From positions 1,935,339 to 1,999,338 of the forward strand of contig CAWDCL010000004.1 in NCBI GenBank assembly GCA_963800865.1: DNA of 64,000 nt. Direction: 5' to 3'. A model generated the notes under the pieces. It did not search any database. It worked only from the letters and a program-made list of their open reading frames with translations, and had not been told where the DNA came from. Positions 62,556-64,000 of the stretch are shown in pieces. The DNA comes from an uncultured Acidobacteriota bacterium. GTDB taxonomy: Bacteria > Acidobacteriota > Polarisedimenticolia > J045. The stretch's first letter is position 1. Each line of letters opens with the position of its first letter. Made by a program: the position numbers and the translations under genes.

Positions 62556-63356
62556 ATGCCGAACGACGCGCCGGTCACCGCGCTCGTGGTCGCCTATGAC
62601 GGCCGACCGTTCGCCGGCTGGCAACTCCAGCCCGACGCGCCGACCGTGCAGGGAACGCTCGAGTCGGCGCTGGCAACGATCCACGGTGCCCCGCGCAGCG
62701 CGGTGGCGCTCGTCGGCGCCGGCCGCACGGACAGCGGCGTGCACGCGCTCGGACAGGTGGCGACCTACCGCGCGCCGAACCGGCGCGAGCTGCCGGAGCT
62801 GCTGCACGCTCTCGCCGGGCTGCTCCCGGACAGCGTCCGGGTCGTCGAAGCGCGCCGCCTGCCGGCCTCGTTCCACGCCTGCCGCTCGGCCACCGGCAAG
62901 CTCTACCGCTACCGGATCGTCAACCGCCGGATCGCGCTGCCGTTCGAGAGCCCGTGGGCCTGGCTCGTCCGGCCGCCGCTCGACGTGGCGGCGATGCGTG
63001 CGGCGGCCGCAGCGCTCGTCGGCCGGCACGATTTCTCGGCCTTCGCGTCGGCGGGAGGGCAGCAGGAGAGCGGCCTGCGTACGCTCCATCGGCTCGACCT
63101 GGCCGAGCGCACCGGCGACATTCTGGAGCTGGATGCCGAGGCCAACGGGTTCCTCTACCGCATGGTCCGCAACCTCGCCGGCTTCCTCGTCGACGTCGGC
63201 CTCGGCCGCCGCCGCCCGGACGAAGCCGAAGCGGTCCTGGCTTCGCGCGACAGGCGGCGGGCCGGCGGCACCGCGCCCGCGCAGGGGCTCTGCCTGGTGC
63301 GCGTCGACTACGGTCCGGAGTGGGACGAGGCCGAGGGCGCAACTCTCCTGTTTTGA
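62556..63356 (+). CDS. truA: tRNA pseudouridine(38-40) synthase
   Basis: YDG..F.GWQ.Q, AGRTDSGVHA.GQ, G.HDFSAF, FLYRMVR, TAPAQGL.L. Confidence 0.96.
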   Translation: MPNDAPVTALVVAYDGRPFAGWQLQPDAPTVQGTLESALATIHGAPRSAVALVGAGRTDSGVHALGQVATYRAPNRRELPELLHALAGLLPDSVRVVEARRLPASFHACRSATGKLYRYRIVNRRIALPFESPWAWLVRPPLDVAAMRAAAAALVGRHDFSAFASAGGQQESGLRTLHRLDLAERTGDILELDAEANGFLYRMVRNLAGFLVDVGLGRRRPDEAEAVLASRDRRRAGGTAPAQGLCLVRVDYGPEWDEAEGATLLF

Positions 63357-63414
63357 GCGGGTTCGGCGGGATGCTACATTCCCCGGGGCCGAGCCGGGCG
63401 GCGCGAGGAGTCCG

Positions 63415-64000
<586 letters not shown>

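Overview
A very GC-rich bacterial chromosome segment made almost entirely of housekeeping genes. Gene content and style suggest an Acidobacteriota- or Myxococcota-like organism, which is inference only. In order: prfB (partial); hrcA-grpE-dnaK-dnaJ-prmA plus a TPR/sulfatase-fold lipoprotein; a secreted HEAT-repeat protein; pgsA-DUF502-cinA-thpR-plsY-gpsA-PHP phosphatase-TPR lipoprotein-ftsY-ribD-ribE-ribBA; ffh-rpsP-khpA-rimM-trmD-rplS-TPR-lipoate ligase-like-lipoprotein; PBP1A; an MFS transporter; a minus-strand zapA-6S RNA-rny-ymdB-xseA-xseB-ispA-tlyA-nadK run; pheS/pheT; tRNA-Val-thrS-rpmI-rplT-THUMP methylase; carA-hypothetical-ispG; a small secretin-like protein; tesA-trpF-like-ROK; an ABC transporter pair; dnaB; RNase P RNA; M20 and S66 peptidases; truA; uppS (partial). 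I saw no mobile elements, CRISPR arrays or defence systems, and no clearly new multi-gene system. The most notable observations are: (1) an archaeal/eukaryotic-type PheRS, with a zinc-ribbon insert in the beta subunit, lying inverted at the normal bacterial pheST position; (2) an RNase Y that has lost most HD-domain metal ligands; (3) a TrpF-like protein lacking the catalytic Cys, coupled to a ROK kinase; (4) a QW-motif alpha/alpha-barrel hypothetical overlapping the start of ispG; (5) a stand-alone mini secretin-domain gene facing a candidate sigma54-driven structured RNA; (6) infC missing from the thrS-rpmI operon; (7) several apparent indel frameshifts between 43 and 53 kb (pheT, rpmI, ispG, secretin-like gene), most likely sequencing or assembly errors. 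All family calls come from motif recognition by eye, not database searches.
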